In this document: positions 31,357 through 43,117 of the stretch, piece by piece
Layout of the letters: the number at the start of each line of letters is the position of its first letter
Numbering within the stretch: position 1 is the first letter of the stretch
Source of the DNA: Priapulus caudatus
Taxonomy: Eukaryota
DNA: 64,000 nucleotides
NCBI RefSeq assembly: GCF_000485595.1
Contig: NW_014577085.1
Span: 766,844-830,843 of the forward strand
Direction of reading: 5' to 3'
Translations under genes and position numbers: made by a program
Notes under the pieces: model-generated
The model's input: the letters and a program-made list of their open reading frames with translations, nothing else
Told to the model about the DNA's origin: nothing
Databases searched by the model: none

Positions 31357-33130
31357 TCTGTGTACAAACACTGTCGCAACCAGCAAGCATGCTTCTGTAC
31401 ACAGACTGTCGCAGATAGCAAACATGTCTCTGTACACAGAGTGTCGCAGTCAGCAAGCATGTCTCTGTACAAAGACTGTCGCAGTCAGCAAGCATGTCTC
31501 TGTACACAGAGTGTCGCAGTCAGCAAGCATGTCTCTGTACAAAGACTGTCGCAGTCAGCAAGCATGTCTCTGTACACAGAGTGTCGCAGTCAGCAAGCAT
31601 GTCTCTNNNNNNNNNNNNNNNNNNNNNNNNNNNNNNNNNNNNNNNNNNNNNNNNNNNNNNNNNNNNNNNNNNNNNNNNNNNNNNNNNNNNNNNNNNNNNN
31701 NNNNNNNNNNNNNNNNNNNNNNNNNNNNNNNNNNNNNNNNNNNNNNNNNNNNNNNNNNNNNNNNNNNNNNNNNNNNNNNNNNNNNNNNNNNNNNNNNNNN
31801 NNNNNNNNNNNNNNNNNNNNNNNNNNNNNNNNNNNNNNNNNNNNNNNNNNNNNNNNNNNNNNNNNNNNNNNNNNNNNNNNNNNNNNNNNNNNNNNNNNNN
31901 NNNNNNNNNNNNNNNNNNNNNNNNNNNNNNNNNNNNNNNNNNNNNNNNNNNNNNNNNNNNNNNNNNNNNNNNNNNNNNNNNNNNNNNNNNNNNNNNNNNN
32001 NNNNNNNNNNNNNNNNNNNNNNNNNNNNNNNNNNNNNNNNNNNNNNNNNNNNNNNNNNNNNNNNNNNNNNNNNNNNNNNNNNNNNNNNNNNNNNNNNNNN
32101 NNNNNNNNNNNNNNNNNNNNNNNNNNNNNNNNNNNGCCGTGCTAACAAAAGCATGTCTATACTACCAAGTATCCGAATAACAAAAATTAGTAGTAGACTA
32201 GTAGTATAGTATAGTCAGTATAATAGTGGCATAGTATAGTCTGTGTGCAAACACTGTCGCAACCAGCAAGCATGCTTCTGTACACAGACTGTCGCAGATA
32301 GCAAGCATGTCTCTGTACACAGAGTGTCGCAGTCAGCAAGCATGTCTCTGTACAAAGACTGTCGCGATCAGAAAGCATGTCTCTGTACTAAGACTGTCGC
32401 AGATAGCAAGCATGTTTCTGTACGCAGAGTGTCGCAGATAGCAAGCATGTCTCTGCACAAAGACTGTCGCAGATAGCAACCATGTCTCTGTACAAACACT
32501 GTCGCAATCAGCAAGCACGTTTCTGTACATAGACTGTCGCAGTCAGCAAGCATGTCTCTGTACACAGAGTGTCGCAGTCAGCAAGCATGTCTCTGTACAC
32601 AGAGTGTCGCAGTCAGCAAGCATGTCTCTGTGCAAACACTGTCGCAATCAGAAAGCATGTTTCTGAACACAGACTGCCGCAGATAGCAAGCATGTCTCTG
32701 TACAAACACTGTCGCAACCAGCAAGCATGTTTCTGTACATGTATAGACTGTCGCAGTCAGCAAGCATGTCTCTGTACACAGACTGTCGCAGTCAGCAAGC
32801 ATGTCTCTGTACAAACACTGTCGCAATCAGAAAGCATGTTTCTGTACACAGACTGCCGCAGATAGCAAGCATGTCTCTGTACAAACACTGTCGCAATCAG
32901 CAAGCATGTTTCTGTACATGTATAGACTGTCGCAGTCAGCAAGCATGTCTCTGTACACAGAGTGTCGCAGTCAGCAAGCATGTCTCTGTACAAACACTGT
33001 CGCAACCAGCAAGCATGTTTCTGTACATGTATAGACTGTCGCAGTCAGCAAGCATGTCTCTGTACACAGACTGTCGCAGATAGCAAGCATGTCTCTGTAC
33101 AAAGACTGTCGCAGTCAGCAAGCATGTTTC
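31357..33130. repeat. 35-bp minisatellite (tgtcgcagtcagcaagcatgtctctgtacacagac) interrupted by an N gap
   Basis: Period 35 (for example 31442 to 31477); variant units recur in higher-order blocks. Confidence 0.95.
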
Positions 33131-33370
33131 TGAGCGCTCACATCTCTGACGAATTGCACATCTTCAGACGAAAATCGAATCCGCCACGGCAGCGTCCTTA
33201 GCCTCTCATTAAGCTCATTAAAACCCACACGTGATTACCTAGCCGGTCGCCTTCCGTGCCAGATTCTACTTGATTATCTCATCTGTCATTTCACCCCGCA
33301 CGTGTGCGTCTGTGTATAACGATTACCCTTATTACCCTTATTACCGCCCGGCCGTTACCGCCAGCCCCCC

Positions 33371-33416
<46 letters not shown>

Positions 33417-33471
33417 NNNNNNNNNNNNNNNNNNNNNNNNNGTGTGTGTGTGTGTGTGGGTGGGGGGGTGG

Positions 33472-33514
<43 letters not shown>

Positions 33515-33595
33515 GTTCGTCGTCATAGAAATATCGCAGCGCAAAAGTAGTCGTCGCGCTGCGTGACGCCGTCGTTCACGCCAGAAATAGCGGCG

Positions 33596-33967
33596 CGTGA
33601 ACTCATACACGCGTGTGAACTTATACACGCGCGTGAACTTATACACGCGCGTGAACTCATACACGCGTATGAATTTATACACGCTCGTGAACTTATACAC
33701 GCGCGTGAACTCATACACGCGTGTGAACTTATAGGCTACACGCGCGTGAACTTATACACGCGCGTGAACTCATACACGCGCGTGAACTTATACACGCGCG
33801 TAAACTTATACACGCGCGTGAACTCATACACGCGCGTGAACTTATACACGCGCGTGAACTCATACACGCGCGTGAACTTATACACGCGTGTGAACTTATA
33901 CACGCGCGTGAACTTATACACGCGCTTGAACTTATACACGTGCGTGAACTTATACACGCGTGTGAAT
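33596..33967. repeat. 18-bp minisatellite (gtgaact[tc]atacacgcgc), ~20 units
   Basis: Direct inspection. Confidence 0.95.
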
Positions 33968-35521
33968 CTTTGTGATCCGATGCTTCTATGCGCTTAACAA
34001 CGTCGTGATTTATGGTACAGCCGAGTCGAAAACAACAAATTACGTGAGTGCATCGTGGATGAGAGGAGCGGACACGGAGAACATTATTGTATCATCTATT
34101 ATATTAGATTATAAATTATTACTCCTGATATTATATATATATATTACTATCAGATCAACATATTATCTGGCTATATATACTGTTAATATCTGATTTCTGG
34201 GAGTCATTTGTGAGAATGACAGCTTTGGTTTTCGCCAAAGAAAGCTATCCATTAAATGTAGAACTGTGCTGATCTCAGTGACATTTTACGTTCACGGACT
34301 GTTATGTGAAGCAATAGAGACGGAGACGCCGGTTTGATTTTATCTCGATTTGCGCGTCACTAAATTTGCATTAAAATACAAAAATATTCGCTATTCGCAG
34401 AACTCATGCTATAAAATTATTTTCAGCAGCCATGGTTGTTTTTTATTTCGAAATTGCTATTTCACTCTCAATTTTAGCGCTATATTCAAGGATTTCTAAC
34501 ATGCACGACGTACAGTATTTTCCATGTAAAAATTCAGTGTAAACGACAATATTGTATTTTTTACAAAAATATACATTTTGCATTATGTGTACGTGTTTTT
34601 CCGTCAAAGTCACGACGACAATGTTTTCTTGACAACTGTTAGCTCGTGCATAGCGTGAAGGCAGCGGTAGGTAGTCTATATTATAAGGTTATCACGCTTG
34701 CATTGTCAACTGGAATAACTGTGAGCGCCTCTCTCTATTGACGTCGATTAAATATTAAGACTCAATATACGCGTATAGCTGTTAGGAATGACAGTGAAGG
34801 CAGTGAGTAATGATTGTGAAAATGCATTATGCATCGAATACTCTCCCCTGTCTCCCCTTTTTGTCTGTATATGTCTGCCTGCCTGTCTGTCTGTCTGTAT
34901 GTTTGTTTGTTTGTCTGTCCGTCCGCCCGTCCGTCCGTCCGTCCATCTGTCTGTCTATCTGTCTGTGTGCGCGCGTGTGTGTCTGTCCGTTTCTTTCTCT
35001 TCCCCGGTTGTTCTTTCATGTATTCTTTCGTTCTTTCTCGCGCGCGCCGTCTCGCTCTCATGCTTCTTCAACTCCTCTCTCCGAACAGGAAATTTTTCCA
35101 ATTTCATTGACGGACGTTATTCAAATTCATTCTATATGGTAAATAAAGAACGAACGGCTACAGTTATTGTCTACTTCGCTTTCTCGGCGAGAACGACATA
35201 AGCGCTACAGAATAATTTGTCGATTTAATTTCTACTGCGAATTTTGACTGACGTTTCTAGTGCAATAACCTGCGGACTAGAAAAATCCGCAGCGTAATTT
35301 CGGACGTAGACGAGGTATTATATCAATATATTCACACTGGCCACAATAAAATTGAACGCAAGGACCTCATCACATTGTTTATTCATGGCCTGTAAATATG
35401 CGCGGGATTTAATCACGCGATTATTTTACGATTAAAATCCGCTGTGCCAATCACGAGTTGATTGCCATTATAATATAGCAAGCGATTACGTTGTAAATAT
35501 TGCGTTGTAATAATTGAGCGC

Positions 35522-35562
35522 CACTGATCTCTGTAAATAACAGTTATTTATAGAGATCAGTG
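35522..35562. mobile_element. 41-bp palindromic micro-MITE with 8-bp TSD
   Basis: cactgatctctgtaaataac-a-gttatttatagagatcagtg flanked by the direct repeat TTGAGCGC. Confidence 0.8.
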
Positions 35563-35687
35563 TTGAGCGCCGTAGCAGACCAGGTGCTGCCATCTATCCG
35601 CCGCCCAGAACGTCCAAACGCGCAGAACAAATAGAATATTATAACATGCGACAGAATCAAACAGACAACCGCAAAAATTAAAATTGA

Positions 35688-35812
35688 ATCTCAATCTTAA
35701 GTTATGAGAGTGTCAATCTTAAGATTTGGCACGAACATAAACAGAAATTCGGCAGCTATAACTATAACTTATAAGTATAAGCCTAGACCCTCTCATAACT
35801 TAAGATTAAGAT
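35688..35812. repeat. Inverted repeat (27-bp arms), probable MITE remnant
   Basis: atctcaatcttaagttatgagagtgtc versus gaccctctcataacttaagattaagat (2 mismatches). Confidence 0.65.
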
Positions 35813-36310
35813 GAAAATAACACATTTGCACAAAGAATTGCAGTTATAGTAATATTATATGTTATAATAATGAGTAAAATATGTATCTTTCATGGAAAAT
35901 TAACTTATAATAAACAAGTTATACTTATCTAGCGGTCATAAACCAAAACAAACATTTACAAACGGCGTTTGTTCTCTTGTCTTGAAGGATTTCTTCAGTC
36001 AAAGCAAATCAGTCAAGAAACGGCATGATATTTGGGTTAATTCACTCAAACCCATGTTGTTTTAAAGAAAACATACTAAATCTACTTTAAACCTAACTTA
36101 CAGAAAGTTCGGGAAAGTTTTTGGTAGATAATTGGGGATTTTGGGCTGCGACTAGGGACAGCGCGTCTCCCATGGTACCGAAATCTCTCCCTAGAGGGCC
36201 TTATTATTATTATTTTTAATTAGGGATAGGGTTAGGGTTAGGGTTAGGGTTAGTTAACTGATTTTATTAATTGTTAATTAATAATGCGCCATCTAGCGGA
36301 TCACTATCTC

Positions 36311-37243
36311 CAGGGTTCTTGTTAATAGCCGGTAACCGGTTATTTTTACCGCCTATCGCGCAATTTGTTACCGGCTATCAATTTGAGAGAAACTCCCACT
36401 AAAGGCGGTAAAATATTTAATCCATTATTTGAAAAAACGAAGTTTATTTTAAATACTTTCAACCCAAGACTAACTNNNNNNNNNNNNNNNNNNNNNNNNN
36501 NNNNNNNNNNNNNNNNNNNNNNNNNNNNNNNNNNNNNNNNNNNNNNNNNNNNNNNNNNNNNNNNNNNNNNNNNNNNNNNNNNNNNNNNNNNNNNNNNNNN
36601 NNNNNNNNNNNNNNNNNNNNNNNNNNNNNNNNNNNNNNNNNNNNNNNNNNNNNNNNNNNNNNNNNNNNNNNNNNNNNNNNNNNNNNNNNNNNNNNNNNNN
36701 NNNNNNNNNNNNNNNNNNNNNNNNNNNNNNNNNNNNNNNNNNNNNNNNNNNNNNNNNNNNNNNNNNNNNNNNNNNNNNNNNNNNNAAAATCAAACATGTT
36801 TGATTTTGAACCGATTATTTGGACGCGATTTTGTGGTGTGCGCGTGACCTTAGAAGATTGAACAGCGTGTGCGAGTGGCTGTGTAAATTTCCACACTCAA
36901 TTCGCATTGTTCGCTTGATTGTTCGCTTGGACGCATTGTATTTTTTTCTCAGCTCGCATATTCACGCCGCCGCACACCTACATCGCTTCATCGCTTCATC
37001 GTTTGTAAAAATCGGCTGGTGTGCGGTGGCCTTAACTAAACTACCAAATTCTAGAACCCATACCCATCAAAATAGGCTATTTGTGGGTCAAATCAGAAAT
37101 TTTTTTCTGGGGGTGCATGCCCCCGGACCCCCCTAGCAGGGCTTCGCGCCTTCGCCGCTCGCCCTACCGTCCGTGCCGGAAAAACGGTTACCTGCTATTC
37201 ATTGTCAAATTACCTGCTTTGTCAAAAGTTAACAAGAACCCTG
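36311..37243. mobile_element. Non-autonomous DNA transposon, CAGGG TIR, 5-bp TSD (hAT5-like); spans an N gap
   Basis: TIRs cagggttcttgttaa / ttaacaagaaccctg; ATCTC on both sides. Confidence 0.8.
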
Positions 37244-37507
37244 ATCTCTCACATGAAACCTACTATTTCGGGCTTGGGAGACGCGCTGTCCCTAGTGGCA
37301 ACCGGGATTTTGGCTACAAGTCATGGAGGCTGACATCTTGCCAAATTCCAGCCAATCAAAAGGCGCCTAAATCCTTCCTATGTTATACCGTTTGGGGAAA
37401 AAAATTTCGCAGCCCGACCAGGCTGTGCGACGGATTGTCTATACAGTATTGTAGTAATTGTAATTGTCTATACGGTATTGTAACCCTAGCAATACCGTTT
37501 CTTGGAG

Positions 37508-37698
37508 CTAGGGTTAGGGTTAGGGTTAGGGTTAGGGTTAGGGAGTGGGCGTATGCGACTCCCTAGACTCGTTAGGGAGTGGGCGCGGTACGGTCCGGCA
37601 TATTAGATAGTACCAGGGTACGTTCCGGTATACCGGACCGTACCCACTACCCAGGGTACATTCCGGCAGTACCCTGAGGGACATAGACCCTCTCAGCG
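37508..37698. mobile_element. Partial copy (right half) of the TTAGGG-containing MITE at 38605-39015
   Basis: (TTAGGG)n followed by gcgactccctagactcgttag...ggtacggtccggcatattagatagta...gacatagaccct.tcagcg, shared with 38859-39015. Confidence 0.7.
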
Positions 37699-38548
37699 CT
37701 ATCTCAACCCCCTCACCATTCCAATGGTAGGTCGGTTATCTCTTCATACACACATCTCTGCAAACATTTTTACGCAAAACAGTAATGCTACTATACTAGG
37801 AAATGTTTGATCCGCACGCGCGCACTATTTTGCGATCGTGCGGGTAACGACAAGATTCACAATAGAAATAAAATAATATACCCTGACACATTAAAGTATG
37901 AAGAGCTTTTATAATTATCTGAATTAATATGACAGCTAACCTTCACTCAATTCTTCATCCATTAATTTTGCGAAACTTAACTAAGTCAACTAAGACGAGT
38001 GTGTCAGAAGTTCAGAAACTAAGTTTGAGAAATGGCGAAGAATATTCAACATCAATAATTTGAAGAACTGTCGTTTTGCAAATATTCCGTTGTAGGCCCA
38101 AGTGTATATATAACGAGCAATAAAAAAGCTATCTTCTAATAACACCAGTAAAACCTGGCTTACTTCACAACTACAAATTATGGCAATTAAGTCATCTCTA
38201 AATCGCTAAACACGTGTAATTAAAAGCCGATTGATTTTGAGTCAGGTGAGTCAGCCTTCTAGTGTTTGAATATATGTCCGACGTCTATCGCGATTAGAGT
38301 TAGGCCTACTAGGACAGGAAAAGAGTGTAACTCGTGACTTTGCCTAAACTGTTGAAAATTTTACGAAGATTTGCAAGAACGGAAGAACCCCCCCCCCCTA
38401 CTCGCGAGGAGGCGAGAGGCTCTCACAGAAAAAATGGGTACGAATCGACCTCACCCTTTTTATACAACATAAGTTGTTTTTAAACGGTTTCAGGAAATAA
38501 ATCTGGAGATTAGGCCGAATGCATTCATTTCGCAACGTCAATACGTAT

Positions 38549-38588
38549 CAGGAGTAGATAATAGGAAATTCCCTATTATCTACTCCTG
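38549..38588. mobile_element. 40-bp palindromic micro-MITE with 8-bp TSD
   Basis: caggagtagataatagg-aaattc-cctattatctactcctg flanked by ATACGTAT on both sides. Confidence 0.75.
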
Positions 38589-38604
38589 ATACGTATGTGC
38601 GTAA

Positions 38605-39015
38605 CGCTAATAGGGTCTATGTTCCCCAGGGTACTGCCGGAACGTACGCTGGGTACGGTCCGGTATACCGGAACGTACCCTGGTAACTATCTAGCTGATA
38701 TGGTTAGGGTTAGAGTTAGGGTTAGTGGAGTAGGCGAGGTATGGTCCGGCATATTAGATAGTAGTATTTAGTACCAGAGTACGTTCCGGTATACCGCACC
38801 GTACCCAGGGTACGTTCCGGTATACCGGAACATACCCTGGTAACTATCTAGCTGATATGGTTAGGGTTAGGGTTAGGGCTAGGGTTAGGGAGTAGGCGAC
38901 TCCCTAGACTCGTTAGTGGAGTAGGCGAGGTACGGTCCGGCATATTAGATAGTAGTATTTAGTACCAAGGGTACGTTCCGGCAGTAACCTAGGGGACATA
39001 TAGACCCTATCAGCG
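38605..39015. mobile_element. MITE with TAA TSD (PIF/Harbinger-like) carrying internal TTAGGG tracts and a duplicated core
   Basis: TIRs cgctaatagggtctatgt.cccc / ggggacat..agaccctatcagcg; TAA on both sides. Two internal units each contain ccggtataccggaacrtaccctggtaactatctagctgatatggttagggttag. Confidence 0.7.
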
Positions 39016-40091
39016 TAAGGTACACTGTCAGTAATAGCAGTAGTGTTGCGATTAGTTAGCTATATATACACGTAAAGCAGTTTGGAACTGAAAACGAAAA
39101 CGCAAGAGATAACGGTAGAGAGAGCGACAGAGATATAGATAGAGATATAGCGAGAGAGAGAGAGAGAGAGACGGAAAAAGGAGAGATAGAGAGAGAACGG
39201 GGAAGGGTAGAGCTATGGTAGAGCTCTATAAACTTGCACCTCGCTATCATGTACACCATTAGTGGTTAATCTGTCTGGGGTGTCGGTATGGTAGAGGGTC
39301 TGTCAGTACATCACCGAGTACTGAGGAGCGGCAAGGTTGTTGGCAGAGGTTCTATAATTACGGACGTCAGACGAAAATATGAGACAGTCTATAGAAGAAC
39401 CTAGGGTTTATGTAGATTCAGATCGTGAGCCGGTAGCTTTAGCTGTACAGTAACCATTTCGTATCTCTTCTTGGAAACTCTGGTGCAATAAAGTGCCACC
39501 AACTGACGATATTCGCCATACTTCGCTAACACTAGTAATAAAATGACACGTGGGCAGTGTTAACTTCTCATTCATATAATTTCCCATAACCGGTCGCTCA
39601 TGATAGGCACTGTAAAATCATGCGAGGCATGGTAAAGTTAGGCTTGGCGGAGAACTCTTAACACCATTAGAACAGGAGAGAGAGGATGGCACACCAATTT
39701 TATCAATTAAATTGTGCCAAGCACATTATATATAACTTAATGTCGCGCACCTACAGGCAGAATGAGAATAAGAAATCGAACCTCCCAGAATAATCAAACA
39801 GCAACCAGCATGATTAGAAAATATAATCGTGAGCAACACGTTATTGATGGTAGCATGAAATATATTCTGGTTCATTGTCTTATTACGCAGTTATGAAAAC
39901 TACCGTATACAATACAATACAGTAGTTGACCCGTCAATTACACAATAGGATACATTAATTTATACACGTGAATCTTTGTGTTTAATTGTGCAATAACTGC
40001 CGACATGCAGCCTTGTTTATTTCTAACATGATTAATTGTGCTTTCAATGCTGCATTGTGCTGACCCCCTGAATCACGTTATATACCCTGTT

Positions 40092-40142
<51 letters not shown>

Positions 40143-40524
40143 CACAACAATTCGCACAGCTTGCTCCAACACAAGAGAATGAATGTAACTCCAACCAAAA
40201 AAACACATTATTCTTCAGCAACGATGTACGCAGGAATAAGCGATACTCGTCGACTGTACATTGAATGCAGCTACAGACACAGTCAGACGGCGAATTACAT
40301 TTATATGTACACACACACACACCGTGAATTCTGCAGCCGAGACTGACTGCAGTTGTCATTGCTGCTGGTGACGTCTTACATGCCCAGCAGTGCTCTCAGC
40401 AGGAATGTTTTTGTTACCTTCAAAGAAAATCTATACCCGCAAAAGCAATGTGGCTTCTCTGTGATCGGCGCAGCAACGACGCCTCCGACCCGAACTACGC
40501 GGGGTCGCCGCTGCGATCCCGTCA

Positions 40525-40652
40525 CGACCTGAGCCTCGCGGGGGTCGCAGCGTTGCGACCTGAGCCTCGCGGGATCACCGTCACGACCCTGTCGCGACCT
40601 GAGCCTCGCGGGATCACCGTCACGACCCCGTCGCGACCTGAGCCTCGCGGGC
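40525..40652. repeat. 39-bp GC-rich tandem repeat just past the predicted MGA stop
   Basis: cgacctgagcctcgcggg at 40525, 40556, 40595 and 40634. Confidence 0.85.
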
Positions 40653-40670
40653 TTGCGCCGTCGCTCGCCG

Positions 40671-41725
40671 CTACTCCCCGATGAGCATGGGCATCGCGGG
40701 ACTCTGCGACAGACTGCACACGCTGACGACTCGCAGCACCGAGACCGCGTCGTCGTCGTCGTCTTCGCCGTCGCCCCCGACGATAGCAAAGTCGGATGCG
40801 GCAAAGTCAGATGCGGCAACGGCAAAGTCGGATGCAGCATCTTCGCCTGCGGCGACGGCAAAGTCGGATGCGGCAGTGTCGCCCACGGCAACGTCGCCCG
40901 CAGCGACGGCAAAGTCGGATGCGGCAACGTTGGGGGCGACGGCGAAGTCGGATGCGGCAGCGTCGCCCGCGGCGACGGTGAAGTCGGATGCGGCAGTGTC
41001 GCCCACGGCAACGGCAAAGTCGGATGCGGCAACGTCGCCCGCAGCGACGGCAAAGTCGGATGCGGCAACGTTGGGGGCGACGGCGAAGTCGGATGCGGCA
41101 GCGTCGCCCGCGGCGACGGTGAAGTCGGATGCGGCAACGGTGAAGTCGGATGCGGCAACGGCGAAGTCGGATGCGGCAACGGCGAAGTCGGATGCGGTAG
41201 CGTCGCCCGCGGCGACGACGAAGTCGGATGCGGCAACGTCACCCAAGGCGGCCGCGAAGTCGGATGTGGCAACTTCGCCCGCGGCAACGGCGAAGTCGGA
41301 TGAGGCAGCAGCAAAGTCGGATTCGGCAACGTCGACCGTGGCGACGGCAAAGTCGGATGCTGCAACGTCGCCCGCGGCGATGGCAAAGTCGGATGCGGCA
41401 GCGTCGCCCGCGGCGACAGCAAAGTCGGATGCGGCAACGTCGGATGCGGCAACGTCGTCTGCGGCGACAGTAAAGCCATCGTCATCGCCGCCGGCAGCCA
41501 CGGACAGCAGCTTGAACGCCGCCTTGGCCGGCTCCAGCGAGGGACTCGCCGTCGCACCGGCGCCGCCCTGGTGGTCGATTCCCGCTGCGGCGTGCCGACT
41601 CGTCGGCGATACGCTTTGCGACGCCATCTTGCCATCCTTCGGATCCTTGCTGATCTTCCAGTAGACGCAGCCCCGTGAGAGATCTATCGTCGTGATCTTC
41701 GCCTGAGTGTACTTACCCGTTTTGA
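40671..41725 (-). CDS. MGA: Probable last coding exon of the MGA-like gene; acidic Ala-rich tandem repeat (A/S-SDF-AVA) tail
   Basis: Acceptor gctctgtgcgtttctccag|TC at 41726/41725 is phase 1 and joins the preceding exon in the frame of the 368-aa ORF (VKTGKYTQAKITT...). The four exons from ATG 51939 sum to 7653 nt = 2550 aa + stop. Confidence 0.7.
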
Positions 41726-42394
41726 CTGGAGAAACGCACAGAGCAAATTCATGGGATGCTGCTTGAAGAGACCGCATGACTGAATAAACCCATGTCGATT
41801 GTGACTACTGGGCAAAATTGGAATAATGATACAAAATATGTAGGAATTTGAACAATTGTAAATATTAGTGGTGGCGGTGGCTGAAGCAGTTGTAGTAGCA
41901 GTAATGATAACAATATTAATATTAATAAATATAGATTATACAAGAATTGCTTTAGGAACCTGGAGAATCTATACATGTAGAATATCTGTATAATACATAT
42001 ACAGTAGCGTAGTTTGTCAGTGCTTGCGTAAATATTTTTTATGTTTACATTTTTGTAAGGTGTTGACTTTAATTTCCTTTAAAACTTCTCGTTTTTGATA
42101 AATGAAGCATGCTGTATTTGCTAATGAATAAACTATCAAAATTTACATCATGTCCAACCCTTCTTTATTCCTCCTTAAATTTGAATTATGAAAGAACTGC
42201 CCGAGAATCCAGACCAACCCAATCCTCAATCAGTCCGAATTTTCAGATTTCCACTGTATTATGGTCAACCTGTTAGTCACTAGTTAACACAATATCCAAG
42301 TCATACAACTAAATGACCTACCACATCAAAAACATTTTAATAAGATATCAACAGTCACATTTTTCTTCTGAATTACATACTGTAATGAACATAC

Positions 42395-42509
42395 CTTTCC
42401 AGAGACGTTCTAGTAACCTTTTTAGCTGGTTCTGGCAGTTTTGTAGATTGTTCTTCTTTCTAACAAGGCATTGATCTTCAAATTCCAGTCTTTTAATGTA
42501 GGTAACAGC
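42395..42509 (-). CDS. MGA: MGA-like exon: bHLH helix 2 and leucine zipper (AVTYIKRLEFEDQCLVRKKNNLQNCQNQLKRLLERLWK)
   Basis: Acceptor tttgttttttttag|GCT and donor AAAG|gtatgt; 115 nt, phase 0 to phase 1. Shows the A..YI..L helix-2 motif followed by leucines every 7 residues. This frame is absent from the ORF track. Confidence 0.85.
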
Positions 42510-42883
42510 CTAAAAAAACAAATAACATCTCTAATAATTTCCCCCTTGCCTAATGTAAGTATTTTATGACTTTTCAATAAATGTGATGTAATGATTAAGG
42601 TACACGCTGGCATGGTACCAATACTAAACAACCATGAATAATTACATAGTTAATCAAGGGTGTCATGATCCTTCAGCAGTTTATAAAAACCCAATTGTTT
42701 TTACTAACCACTGATCCTTAATTATTAAATTACTTTTAACGTGATTAGACATGAAATACTGGTTAGTTTTGGGTGGTACTACAAACCAGTAATTCACCAA
42801 ATTCTTCTATGAAAATAGCCTCGTAAATATTTATGCCACATTAGCAATGTCGATAATTCTTCATCTGCCTCATTAATTATAAG

Positions 42884-43117
42884 CAGAGTTTCCCCTGCAT
42901 TGACATGAGCGAGGCGGGCCGCCTCGCTCAAATTCTCCGCTGCCACACAGAAATTTGTTCAAAACACCGCCTCGCTGACGAAAATCTCATACAGTGTTCA
43001 GAATAACTTAATTAGAATGCACCAAATTGCACCATTCTTGCTAGGACATCAAAACGTGCAAACACACCAAATTTTGTTTTACCACCTCAGAGACCATTTT
43101 GGCCAGGGGAAACACTG
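42884..43117. mobile_element. Intronic MITE, 5-bp TSD (hAT5-like)
   Basis: TIRs cagagtttcccctg / caggggaaacactg; ATAAG on both sides. Confidence 0.8.

Noticed and set aside
31357..33967. 35-bp and 18-bp arrays as CRISPR-like arrays or repeat proteins
   Set aside because: Head-to-tail units with no unique spacers, in a eukaryotic context; 35 is not a multiple of 3.
36220..38890. True telomere or chromosome fusion site
   Set aside because: Tracts are only about 4-6 units, all in one orientation and mostly embedded in dispersed elements.
40376..41664. 419-aa (PHPT repeats), 327-aa (AKSDAAT) and 216-aa ORFs resembling extensin, mucin or antifreeze proteins
   Set aside because: Alternative frames of one stop-free minisatellite; only the SDF frame matches the splice phase of the upstream exon.
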